Origin: Octopus vulgaris
Taxonomy: Eukaryota
Direction of reading: 5' to 3'
Assembly (NCBI GenBank): GCA_951406725.2
Contig: OX597828.1
Location: forward strand, 65,844,001 to 65,908,000
Length of the DNA: 64,000 nt
In this document: in pieces, positions 36,557 through 48,706 of the stretch
Numbering within the stretch: the stretch's first letter is position 1
Layout: each line of letters opens with the position of its first letter
Translations under genes and position numbers: made by a program
Notes under the pieces: generated by a model
What the model saw: the letters and a program-made list of their open reading frames with translations, nothing else
Told to the model about the DNA's origin: nothing
The model's database searches: none

Positions 36557-37806
36557 ACTTGTTTCAGTCATTTAACTGCAGCCATACTGGGGCACCATCT
36601 TGAAGAATTATTGCCAAACAAATCAACCTCAGTTCTTCTTTTTTTTAAGCTTTCCATGGCTATATTTTGTACAGGGTCTCAGCTCTATTTGTTTGAATCT
36701 ATATTATTGACCAAACTAAAACACTCCTAAACCAAATTTTCTTATTGTTTTGCTTAACCAGTGCAGAGAGTTGTATTCTATGCTTTCACATGTTATTCTA
36801 TGTGACTAGTTTCAGCTATTGATATAATTTATTCAATGTTTCTTATTATTTTGTGGGGGAGTGGGAAGAGAAATCTCCCTCTTTAAATAATATCCCTTGA
36901 AACCACTACACTACCGCAGTGCAGAATTGATTTTGTAATCATTCGGAATGGTATGTGAACTCTCATCAACAATAAGCAATACTCCTGTAGCTGCCACTTA
37001 GTTTTGATATCGGAGTAGTAGCGGTAGTAGCTTCTGTGTTTTCTGTAACAAATAATAAAGACAGGTGAGATTGAGAAAATCCCTCCAGGTGAATAATCTT
37101 GTTTGATTGATTGCAGGGCATGATAGCATTGAGATACGACTTGAAGATTGGTCAAGAAAGTTATTAATACCATAAGAATAAAGTTATCTCCTCTTTTTTT
37201 AATTTTTATTTTTCCTCCTTCTATTCACCGATTTGGAGTTGTTTATCTCTATTCTGATCAGATGCAATAAGGAAGATATTATTAATATTAATATGGAAAT
37301 ATTGATTTATTAATAAATCCCCACCCCCAAAAGAAAAATTAGAGTTTCTGCTTAGAAAAAATATTTACTTATCTAGAATGTATCATAAGTTGAAAAATAG
37401 GGTGTAGCAGTATATAGTTGGAGTGAGTCATACAAATTGTAGCACACTTTTTAAGAATATAGGACAGTTGTTATTGCTTATTTTGACTGATGGTTATAGA
37501 AACCATATTTAAGATAGATTCTGACAAATATTGAAGAAGAAATGTTGAAGAGTGTGCATAAATTCCAGAAACTTGTATGAGTAAAATAATTTTGTTTTTT
37601 GGAACAGTGGATCTCAAACCACGTAACTATAAATAACATCATCTAAATATTGGTTGAAAACCCTTTTGGATAAAAAAAAAGTTGAAGGATATGCGATTGT
37701 ATATATTTTAAATGATATATTGACTGGATAGTTATGGCTGGAGCATTTTTGCATTATCTATTAAAGCAGGTTACAGAAACAAAATTTTAAGAAGTATATA
37801 TTGTAA

Positions 37807-37921
37807 AAGAGCATACGCTCGAAATGTAAAAGACTTTTCTATTCCTGAGCTTTATACTAATACATCTGTTTGTTTTGTACACCACTTGTCTTCGTCTTTT
37901 GTTTTTTTTCGTAAACTCTCG
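37807..37921 (+). mobile_element. Truncated Penelope-like terminal fragment with hammerhead stem II-GAAA remnant
   Basis: aaGAGC-atac-GCTC-GAAAtgt at 37807-37827. The upstream CTGANGA box is missing or degenerate. Confidence 0.4.
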
Positions 37922-39030
37922 TATATATTCTTATAGCAGCATACTTAGAATAACTTAGAAAGGTGTTGACCCAGGCCATGTCTAACTTAATAGCACCACC
38001 TGGCATATATAAAGAAACCAAAGTAAATTTTGTCTCTTTGCTGATTTGCTTTTGTATTTTACTTGTGAGCCATTTCAATGTGTTAAATAAATAGGAGACA
38101 ATCTCAGTTGATAAGATCTCTAATGCATACATATGAAATATAATGAACATTTAATACATAATAATCACTCTCATAGAATACTGTAACATTGATTTTAAAC
38201 ATTTTGCTGCACATCAATTCGCTGGGACAGTAAATATAACTTACTGTTGGTTGTCTTCCTATACAGCCATACACTTGCAGCTGCAAAATTAGGTAACATC
38301 TAGTTCTCATGTATAATGCACACCTATAACTTAACTGGTGGAAAATTGCATATTATACATGAAAACACTGTATCGTCATTGTTTTAACCTCCACTTTTCC
38401 ATGCTTGCATGGGTCAGATGAAATTGCTGAGGCAGATTTTCTACAGCCGGATGCTGTTACCAATTTTCATTTGCTTCCAAGCAAGGTAATATTTCTCCCA
38501 GTTCTTTGAACATGAATACCTTGATAGCTGGATACATTTTCATACAAGATAGCAAACAGATGACACCAAACTGGGATATTTGTTTACTTGTATGTATTTA
38601 TTGTTTATAATGTTTGTACGCTTGTTTGTGTTCATGTGTCTATATACACTTAGATACCCGTGTCTTGCTTTTGTTGATCTTATCCAGTTTTAATACTAAT
38701 CATTCTACTTAAAAAATTTTCCATCTACTCTACTTTTAATTTGTGACGTTTTTATTTGAGAGATAATAATCATTATCATTGATTTAACAATTTGTTTTGT
38801 CACCTCTACCTGACGTTGCTTTTCACTCATGCAGACTAGACGAAAAAGCTGTTTTTCTTGATTGACAAGACCTCCTTCACCAACACAATCTCCAAACATC
38901 CCTTACTGCCGCCGCATTTTATTTTTCTGAACTTGCTTGCTATGTTAGTCCCCACCCTTTTTCTTTTTTTTCCATTACTCGGTTTCACTGCCCAGTGTTT
39001 GTATTAAAAATACTTAGCTCAGTCTTTCAT

Positions 39031-39267
39031 ACCTATTTCTTTACTACCCACAAGGGGCTAAACACAGAGAGGACAAACAAGAACAGACAAACGGATTAAG
39101 TCAATTATATCAACCCCAGTGCGTGACTGGTACTTATTTAATCGACCCCGAAAGGATGAAAGGCAAAGTTGACCTCGGCGGAGTTTGAACTCAGAACGTA
39201 ACGGCAGACGAAATACGGTTTCACATTTCGCCCGGCGTGCTAACGATTCTGCCAGCTTGCCACCCTT
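39031..39267 (-). mobile_element. Full-length SINE family A with TSD
   Basis: 12 bp TSD tcagtctttcat (39019-39030, 39268-39279). Confidence 0.92.
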
Positions 39268-40157
39268 TCAGTCTTTCATGACCACCACTAATTGCCATGT
39301 TTTCTTTAAACCTATTACTGCTCCAGGTAAACTCCATCAACTAATTCAATTCACCCAGTTAATCCCAATCTTCTCATATCCAAATGGATATTAATGACCA
39401 TGAACACTACTTCTTTTCCGACTGACTTATGAATAAAACTCTTAATTCTAACACTAATTAGGTAAGTTCATCATCATTTAACATCCATTTCCCATGCTGC
39501 CATGGGTTAGGTGGTTTGACAGGAGCTGTCCAGGCTCTGTGTCAGTTTTGGCATGGTTTCTGTGGTTGGATGCCCTTACTAATACCAACCATGTTACAGA
39601 GTGTACTGTGCGTGCTTTTACACAGCATTGGCATGGACACTTTTACATGAGACCGTCACAAGTACTTTTTACGTGGCACCCGTGCCCACGAGCCCACAAG
39701 ATTAGGATCACTTAAGTGAAAAGGGACGACAACCATGGTTATACTTAGCTTGATGTGTCTTCTCAAGTGCAGTAAATTGCCTGAAATTTCAACCCTTTGT
39801 CATCCCGTTTGAGGTCCAATATCCGAAGATCTTTTCCCATTAGACCAATTATATTTATCTCACAGTTAGTTGCAGTAATCTAGGCAGCATTTGACTATGC
39901 TCTGAGAAAAATTAAATAATTGCTAGTTGATAATGTTCATCAGTAATTAAATGGACCAGGAGATTATTTTGAGGGTAAACAAAATTGTGAGAAAATTTAA
40001 GCTAGAAGTTAGCCCAAGTTCAACTCAGTTTTGAATTTTAGTTATCCATTTTGTATGCTGGCATGCAGGACATTATGGCCTGTATCAGTTCTTATTCAAA
40101 GTTATTGCTTGGTGAGCTGGAGGACTATGTCTTGCTTGTGCATTTTACAATTTATAT

Positions 40158-40413
40158 CAGTAGTTCCCAAAGTGAGTGGTATTGCCTCATGGGGGTGGGG
40201 GGAGTTCCAAGGGGGTGTTGAAGAAAAGTGGGGTGATAACGGGGTAGTGATTCATGTAAGAGCAACAAAATAATGGGTCCATTAGGTTAAGTTTTATTTG
40301 GGAAATAAAGTTTCTTTGAATTTGTTTGTGATGGTTAGTTGAGGTGGGGTGCTAGGAATGTGGCCTGAGTGTCAAGGGGGAGGAGGCAGCCCAAAAATGT
40401 TTGAGAACCATTG
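40158..40413. mobile_element. hAT (Charlie-like) MITE
   Basis: CAGTAGTTCCCAAA...TTTGAGAACCATTG termini. 8 bp TSD atttatat (40150-40157, 40414-40421). Confidence 0.85.
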
Positions 40414-42191
40414 ATTTATATGGCTGGGTGCCCTTAGCACCAACCACTTTACAGAGTCTACTGGTGCATTTATGCTTGGCACCAACATGAGTGAGGTTGC
40501 CTCATACCCCAAGTCTGAAGAGTTCTCTCTAATCTATGATGTCTCTGTTCTTTCAAGTCAGGATGACCAAGTGAGTGAAAAGAGGGGATAGGATAGAAGG
40601 CCAACCATGAGTGAGTGAAAGGAAGGAAAGTATGATAAAAGAAACGGTGATCAAGCTGAAATGGTAATAGGGGACAGAATAATGGGAGAGTGACAATGCT
40701 GGAAGAACCATGTAAAAATGGTTTTCATCAGATTTCATCTCCAAAGGATCAATAGATTATGATACAGGTTGATTTCATGGCTATCTAAGTTCTGTAGGAT
40801 AAAAATTAAAGCATATCAGTCACTTGTCTCCTAAAGAGTTGTCCTTATCCCAGACATTCCTGATATCTTTGGTCTAGGAATTTAACTTACCTTGCATGGA
40901 AGGGTACTGCTAGTCACTTCTTAATCCAGTAATTTTACCTGTCATGGATCAGTGAGATTTTTTTCCCCCTTTTTTTATTTCAATTATATACTTTCTTTTT
41001 AAATATAAAAAATAGCATCACCTGCTTTGAATAATGATAATTTAGTCCTTAAAAGGAAAGTTGTTTACCTGCTATTAAACCTTTGGGGCAGTTATGTATG
41101 TTTATTATTATTTTATACACAAATATTACCAGTTAACTGGGAGGTAACAGATATCAGAAGGAGGGAGAGAATGTTCATATTCTTGCATTCAGGATAAACA
41201 CAAAAATGATATTCTGTTGTGACATGATCATATTCAGTAATTTCATTACCCCACATAGCCTAGCTCACCTCACATAACATTCACTACCTGTTTCATTGAG
41301 AAAGCATTCCTGAGTGCAGTTAATCAGATTATTTTTAAAATAGTCACATACTTATTTTGGGACATTCCATTAAACAGTTGGTCGATACATGCATAACTAG
41401 GTGATGCTATCTTGACAGAAAAATTCCAAAGGCTTTTTTGTGTGTGTGTGTTAAATACTTCAGATAAAATAGGAAATAGACTCAATGCAATCCATCGATC
41501 CATTAAAATAAGTCAAACGAAACTTAAGTGTACTTCTTCACATTCCTGGTCAGAGATTTTCAATATTCAGTTCACTATGTCTGTTCTTCGTCTCCAATAC
41601 CTTCAGATTTATAGAATTCTATACAAATAAGATAATATTAAAAGAAGGTTGCAATAAGTCCAATACTTTTGGCATATCATAACTCTTTCACTCCAAGTAA
41701 CCCCAATTTCTCTTACTGGTCAACAGTGGTCATTTTAGGAACCAATACTATAGAGATGATCTACCTATTTTATGCTTTGTGTGCTTGTATTGTGTCGTTA
41801 CCAACTGGCCGGACCTCTGCCAAGAGTAAATGACTTTATAAATAGAATATCAACTGATCTCCTGTAATGTTTTGAGTAGGTATAATAAAGCTCGTTTTCA
41901 AGGAATGTTTGTGTATCTTAAGGTTACAATTATGCAAATTTACCTGTCTGAGAATACTATCATAAAAAAAAAATAAATAACCTGCTATACCAATGAGGAA
42001 GATATAAAAACCTCACCATGGTATAAACTCCAAATGGATAAATACCAACACTTTTAACAGACTGATTCAACTCAAAATCAACAAATTCCCCTGCTTTCCA
42101 TTTATATTCACACTACACAGAACCAAATACGCATTCACCATTCTTTCTCCATCCATAAAGGCCAACATGCATGACCATATTACTTTCATTC

Positions 42192-42393
42192 AGGGTGGCG
42201 AGCTGGCAGAATCATTAGCAACCCGGGTGAAATGCTTAGTGGTATTTTGTCTGCTGTTATGTTCTGAGTTCAAATTCCGCTGAGGTCGATTTTGCCTTTC
42301 ATCCTTTCGGGGTCGATGTAATCAACTTAATCCCTTTGCCTGTCCTTGTTTGTCGCTTCTGTGTTTAGCCCCCTGTGGGCAATAAAGAAATAT
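42192..42393 (+). mobile_element. SINE family A with TSD
   Basis: 15 bp TSD atattactttcattc (42177-42191, 42394-42408). Confidence 0.92.
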
Positions 42394-42570
42394 ATATTAC
42401 TTTCATTCCGTAGGAGTCAATCTCCATACTCCAGTGTCTTAACCATGTAGGTTTGGACCTTGAGGTGGAGTAGAAGAGGCCAACAATAGTAAGGATGATT
42501 TGGGTTGTTTTCATAATGCTCCATGTTTAAACAAAAAATAAACTAATGTAAAAAATATTTTCTTTTTCAG

Positions 42571-42652
42571 GAGCTCTGGAGATTCTTTATATGAATTATT
42601 AGGTGTCAAAAAGAATGCTTCAAATGACGAAATAAAAAAGGCTTTTAGAAAG
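42571..42652 (+). CDS. DNAJC5: CSP coding exon 2 (J-domain helices I-II: SSGDSLYELLGVKKNASNDEIKKAFRK)
   Basis: ttttctttttcAG acceptor and AG|GTATGT donor. 82 nt, phase 2 to 0. Aligns with human [27 protein letters not shown]. Confidence 0.97.
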
Positions 42653-42690
42653 GTATGTTATTGGAGTTCAACATTTTTGTTTTCAACTGT

Positions 42691-43060
42691 CATCATCGTC
42701 ATCGTTTAACGTCCGCTTTCCATGCTAGCATGGGTTGGACGGTTCGACTGGGGTCTGGGAAGCCAGGAGGCTGCACCAGGACCAGTCTGATCTGGCAGTG
42801 TTTCTACAGCTGGATGCCCTTCCTAATGCTAACCACTCCGTAAGTGTAGTGGGTGCTTTTTACGTGCCACCGGCACAGGTGCCAGGGGAGGCTGGTGCTT
42901 TTTACGGCCACGATCGGTTGGTGCTTTTTATGTGCCACCAGCACGGAGGCAAGTCGGGGCGACACTGGCAACGGCCATGTTCGGATGGTTCTTTTACGTG
43001 CCACCGGCACTGGTATCGCAACTACATTTTCCATTGATTTTTGAGCGATTTCGATTTCAT
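42691..43060 (-). mobile_element. RTE family C 3' end starting 38 nt after the exon 2 donor
   Basis: catcatcgtcatcgtttaacgtccgc... followed by about 3 units. Confidence 0.9.
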
Positions 43061-43122
43061 TGTGTGGATAAAAATATTTTTTTGTTTTTTCGAAAATAAA
43101 ATCTCTAATTTTTAGAAATTAA

Positions 43123-43300
43123 CCCTTTAACATTCAGATTTACTCTGTCAAATATAATGCTTATTTTTTCGTATTGTTTTTTTAATTAATCAGGTACTAT
43201 CTTGTACTTTCGGTATTTTAATAATGCAACTGTTATTTTTAGAATGACAATGTAGGGTAAGTGTAAGAGGCCAGCTGTGACCAGTTTAAATGCTAAAGGA
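43123..43300. mobile_element. piggyBac-like MITE family 1
   Basis: TTAA|CCCTTTAACATTCAG...AATGCTAAAGG. A further copy lies at ~46727-46947. Confidence 0.7.
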
Positions 43301-43763
43301 TGTGTGCATGTGTGTGAGAGAGTTGTATTTTTCTTTCCATGATTTCTATCAGTATATAATGTTTATCGGTGATCATACTGAATATACTAAGGGAGATAGT
43401 AATTAAATAATAGTTAGTTGGGATGGCTGTCTGTTTTCTGCCACCAATAACAGCATATAAATAAGTACTTAGCTGTGGTTTCAATATTTAACAGCTATAA
43501 AAGATAGAAAGGAAATTACCTAAAAATTACAACTGAAACAAACATACATACACATAGTATATAGAGTGAACCACAGCAGTAGCTAAGTGATCACTACAAG
43601 CTCAATTGCCATCTTAATGCAACCATTGTTATTCATTTAGCAAACCACAGAACAATGGGTGGTGTATCCAGTTGTCACAACTATTAGCACTATCTGTTTG
43701 CAAAATCCATGGGAATGAGAGAAAAGCTGGGTCCTTTGCCCCTTTTCAAGCATTTAAACTGGC

Positions 43764-44416
43764 CATCATCATCATTGTTTAATGTCTGTTTTCCATGCTG
43801 GCATGGGTTTGACAGTTTGACTGATTTATGGAAAACCAGCGGCTGCTCCAGTCTCCAGTCCAATCTGGCAATGTTTCTACACCTGAATGCCCTTCCTTTT
43901 TACATGCCACCGGCATAGGAGCACCTATGGATGGTGCTTCTTACATTCCACTGGTATGGGGTCCACTGAGGGGGTACTGGCATCATCATGTTCGGTTGGT
44001 GCTTTTTTAAATGCCACCAGCACAAGAGCAAACTAGGGGATACTGGCGGTGGTCATGATCAGATAGTCCTTTTTACATGCCACCGGCACAGGAGCCAGTC
44101 AGGCGAAACTGCCATCAACCATGTTTTGATGATGCTTTTTATGTATATATAGTTACATACATATATGTATGTCTATGTGTATATGTATGTATATCTATAT
44201 ATATATATATATCTATGTGCATCCAAGTGTAAGCTATGGACACGTAAGAGGTGCAGCAATATCAAAGGAAGGCTAACTGGGAAGATAGTTTTTGTATGTG
44301 GCAGATGCTCAGTAGCAATAAACACTGAAAATGTGCAGAGAACATGTGGCCTTGCCAGTTCCTGTCAAGCTGTCCAACCCATGCCAGCATGGAAAATGAA
44401 CATTAAATGATGATGA
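43764..44416. mobile_element. Head-to-head RTE fragments, including a Cys/His finger coding piece
   Basis: Family C (-) 43764-44140. 44214-44344 encodes CKLWTRKRCSNIKGRLTGKIVFVCGRC and is fused to a (+) tail at 44345-44416. Confidence 0.8.
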
Positions 44417-44784
44417 TAATGCATCTTGTAAAATTACTGTATGCCAGGCATCAACAGTGGAAGAGGAAATTTCTGAAAAGCTGAATAAAAGAATTGTCTG
44501 AAAATCATAGGTTTTTGTTCCAACAATGGGACCAGCTGACAAAATTAACAATATACAATGAAGGAAAGTCATGATACGCTTCAGCCAAATAACGTGTTAC
44601 AAATAAGAATATAAACAGAAATTTTGCCATGTAATCATCCAGGCAAGGGTGTGATACATTGTTTTCATCCTCATAGATGGAAGTCTATGAAATTCTCATA
44701 TAAATATGCTACAGCACTCAGCACTGAAGAGTTTTTCTGAAGTGGTTTTTGTTTTTTCCATTGTATTACTGTATTCTATTTCTA

Positions 44785-44838
<54 letters not shown>

Positions 44839-46057
44839 TAATATTTAACTTGATTTGAGATCATAGTTTGAGTGCTTTCATTCAGCATCTCTTAGAAAAG
44901 AGCAAAATACTTGTAAAATTTTCAAATATTTAAACTCAGTTGATGAAATTTGTTTTCACCTTGTAGATAAAGTTTTCAGTTATGTTTAAGGTAAAAAAAA
45001 AAAAAAAAAGAGAGAGGTGTTTTTTACAATGTAAACAAATTTTTAGCAAAGAAAGATAATATGGCACAAGTATATGTTGTCAGGAAACAGGAGTTAAGAG
45101 ATAACTGAAATTTGAACAGGTCAGCATGATCGGTTAGATGAAGGTCAAGGAGAAGCACTCAGTCAATCTAAATAAACATTTTCATTTTGTCTTTTCAAGT
45201 GCCACCTACATGCTACTATATATGTTAGTAGGGATGGTTTTCCCCCAGTAGATGCTTGTAGTTGCTGAGATGGGGGAAAAACACTCAGAATAGAATAAGA
45301 GACGATTGTTTATTAGAGTGACTGGTTTGTTTTGTTTTGTATTTTTGTGGGTGGTGGAAGTGAAAATGTGGGACATGGACACATGTTTCATCATCATATA
45401 TTTTAGGGGAAAATGTTACTCTCTTTAGTAAGGATCAGAGGAAGAGTATAGGGTTTCAAGATCATAGTGAATTTAAACCTGCAGTTTCTATTTTTTCATT
45501 TAATTGCTCAGAAAGAAATTAGTTGAGAGGTATTACTATTTCTTATTTCTTAAAACTTATTAGGAATTTGATTTAGATTACATGTATATTGAGCTCAATT
45601 TTGAAATGAATTTTAAGGTCTTTTCAGAAAATGAGACGGTTGATCCCTTAGTTACTTCTGGCTTGAAAATGCTTGGTTTGTTCTTTTATAATATTAGAGA
45701 GAAGTTTCAAGCAATAATAGCAGTTGAGATAAATATCCAATGAAAATATCTCTTAATGCCAATTTACCCCAAGATCATATATCAACTCAGCTTGCTATAT
45801 ATAAATGCTTGTTTCTGTTTTGTATTCCATTACGTATCTTAATATATTCGAGCCCTCTTCAGTCCTGAAATGGAATATCATGTTAAGTGGTCTATCCCAT
45901 AACTAAGCCCCTCTTGTTATTTTTCGTCTCCTAAAGGTATATCAATCTATTAATATGTAGTGTACTACAGCATGTCATTTGTTGACTGAGTTCTCCTTTA
46001 GTACTCTCTGTTCCTCTTGAAGCAAGTGTTTCATTTTTCGTAAAGAAATTTTATCTT

Positions 46058-46387
46058 TACGGAGATGTACTTGCATAGCGAGTGACTTGATCTGAGATCG
46101 TGTGCTGGAATGAAAGCAATTGCAACGTGGAAGGTGTTTATAAGCCATTTAAGAAACACACAAAAACCGTTAAATTCACTTCGACATTTAAATTTAATTT
46201 GTCAAAATATTTTCGCTTTGAGATCTCGACCTGTCCACTGACAAAACTTCGTGCTGCATCAGTTTTGTCAGTGAATAGGTCGCGGTCTCAAAGCGACAAA
46301 AGTATTTTGACAAATTTAATTTAAATGTTGAAGTGAATCTAATGGTTTTGTGTGTTTCTTAAATGGCTTATAAACACCTTCCTTGCT
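46058..46387. mobile_element. Fold-back Penelope-like insertion, copy 2
   Basis: Inverted arms meet at ~46248-46261. 13 bp TSD gaaattttatctt (46045-46057, 46388-46400). Confidence 0.72.
46264..46314 (+). ncRNA. Decayed minimal type I hammerhead-like motif (family consensus has G3:C8)
   Basis: TTTGTCA-GTGAAtA-G-GTCGC-ggtctcaaa-GCGAC-aAAA-gTATTT-TGACAAA. Other arms supply C8 (10567-10617 minus), G12 and GAAA. Confidence 0.55.
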
Positions 46388-47095
46388 GAAATTTTATCTT
46401 ATCATCTAGCAACTCTCTTCCATAGTTTGACGTCTATAATACACACAATAGGTCACCCGTTGAGTCTGTTTATAATCTCACATTAACAATACATAGGATG
46501 GGTCAGTTATCTATCAACTTTGTAATTTCATATTAACCAGGATAGGCCCATAGTTGCTCACTTCAAACATTGAACTTTTGAATTCCATGTCATTGACACA
46601 TGTTAATTTCTATTCAGCTTCATAGAAAGCAAATTGACTCATGCTATTTACTTATCTATAAATTGTCCAACCCATGCCAGCATGGAAAAACGGATGTTAA
46701 ATGACAATGGTGATGATGTTATTGTACCTTTTAGCATTCAGATTATTTTATCAAATATAATCCTTATTCATTCACATTGTTTTGAATTAATCATGCATTA
46801 TCTCATAGCTTCGAGATTTTGATGATGTGATCATTTATTGTTTAGAATGACATTGTAGGGTAAGTGTGATAGGCTAGATCTGTCCAATTTCATCTTAAAA
46901 CTGGTAGAATATTTGAGCCAGTAATGGCCGGCTTAAATACTAAAAGGTTAATCATGTTTTCAACTTGAGAAATAAAAAGAAATGACAGGGGGTGGGGAGG
47001 CTTTTGAAACTGTCATTTGTTAATGAAATTGTTATATGAATCACGTGGTTTTTTGTGATTTTTTTTTTAATTATAATACTTTCTTGTCTTTACAG

Positions 47096-47152
47096 TTAGC
47101 ATTAAAATTTCACCCAGATAAAAATTTAGATGATCCTAATGCAGCAGACAAA
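47096..47152 (+). CDS. DNAJC5: CSP coding exon 3 (HPD loop: LALKFHPDKNLDDPNAADK)
   Basis: ttcttgtctttacAG acceptor and GTGAGT donor. 57 nt, phase 0-0. Contains the HPD motif. Confidence 0.97.
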
Positions 47153-47467
47153 GTGAGTTATCAAACATTTCTATTGTAAAGATAATTGAACATTTATTTC
47201 TGTACATTTCATTATTTACTAAATGCTTTTGTTTCTGTTAAATAAAAATTCCAACTGATAAAGTGAAAAAATATCTAATAAGTGAATCACATTGATTTTT
47301 AAATTTCTGTTTTTATTAATTTTGTTGAAGCAAATATCTAAAATTATCTTGGTATGTTGCTGGAGAGAGAGAGAGAGAATCATTTTTTCATTTCATTTCA
47401 TCTAGTTTCAGCAAGGTTTATGTTATCGGAAGAATATCGTCTTCTTCCATCATCTTTTTGTTCTTCT

Positions 47468-47878
47468 TGTAGTTCAGGCTTCCAGCAGCCGAATAGAAAA
47501 GACTTCAAGTACAAATGCTATTTACAACAGGTTTATTTACAGGCTTCACAGGACAGGTGAAGTGTGCTGCTCTCAGCTACCATCTTCAGCTGTGTACATT
47601 GTGTAGTAGCTCTGTTAGTGCGGGAGCATTGCCTCTGGAGATACAACATATAGACAGCTCCAGCCAGTGGTGGTGTTCAGCCAGCGCTGCTGAAAGGTGG
47701 CACCAAAAGGAGAGCGATTTGAACCGGGTTTTCCCTTTATATAGTTTTCCATCACGAGCCTCGTTGTGATCTCATGCATGGCAAATGGATGCGGGTGAGG
47801 TCTCACTCCAGTCTCAGAGATGGCAATAGCTGCCGCAAGATCTCATCCAATATGGCGCTGACTGCTTGTGTCGCTACA
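47468..47878 (-). mobile_element. Probable solo LTR
   Basis: TGTAG...CTACA termini. The minus strand has TATATAAA followed by AATAAA in LTR order. 411 bp and CpG-richer than its flanks. No TSD match. Confidence 0.55.
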
Positions 47879-47895
47879 AACTAATAATCATTTAA

Positions 47896-48106
47896 CCCTT
47901 TCGTTACCAAACCGGCGCTGGCTCTTTAGTATAAATGTCTTGTTTTCATAAGTTTTGAATTCAAATCTTCCACCAAATCTTAGTCACAATTTATTTTCCT
48001 AACACTAGCTTAATGATAACTAAGTTATTTTACTAAATTCTTTGTTATATTTAAAGTAATTGACAGAAACACAGAACATCTCAAAATAAATACAGTAATG
48101 AAAGGG
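47896..48106. mobile_element. piggyBac-like MITE family 2
   Basis: TTAA|CCCTTTCGTTAC...GTAATGAAAGGG|TTAA. A further decayed copy lies at ~59860-60070. Confidence 0.88.
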
Positions 48107-48706
48107 TTAAGAGAGTTGCTAGGGATGGCATTTATGTTGTACCACACTTGTCTGGTGATATTTGCCACAAATCAACATCTGCAAAGTCAGCTTCTGCTTT
48201 GCTTAGCCAAGGACAAAGTGGGTTTCGCTGCAACTTCATTGGATTGTCAGAGTTCAAGGTTATAGCAATTGCTATCAATCATAAGGTTGTGTTTAAATGA
48301 TTTTTTTTTCTTTAAAAAAACATCTGCCTCATCTAGAACATTCACATAATTTACCTAGAGATCATAGGTAGAAATGCAAATAAATAAACACTATAAAGAA
48401 TTTTTTTTAGTGAATTTATTTTTTTCATTCATTCATTCTCTCTCTCTCTCTCTCCTAAGAAATTTAAGAATGATGTCTCCAAACATAAAAATATTACATC
48501 AATTTATTATACTTAATTTGCTGAAGATTCTAAAATGGAGAAAAAAACTTATCTGGCATTAATGTTCATCCTGTCCCAGTTTTAACAGAATGAAAAACAA
48601 CAGCACGAGGATATAATTATATTGTAACAGAATTTAAACATTTAATTTTTTAAATGGTTTATCAGTAGTCCTTAACTTGGTTGAACATTGTACCTTAAAG
48701 TAACTA

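Noticed and set aside
38705-38935. Minus-strand ORF MFGDCVGEGG... with a CAG|GTAGAG donor
   Set aside because: No homology recognised and no partner exons found.
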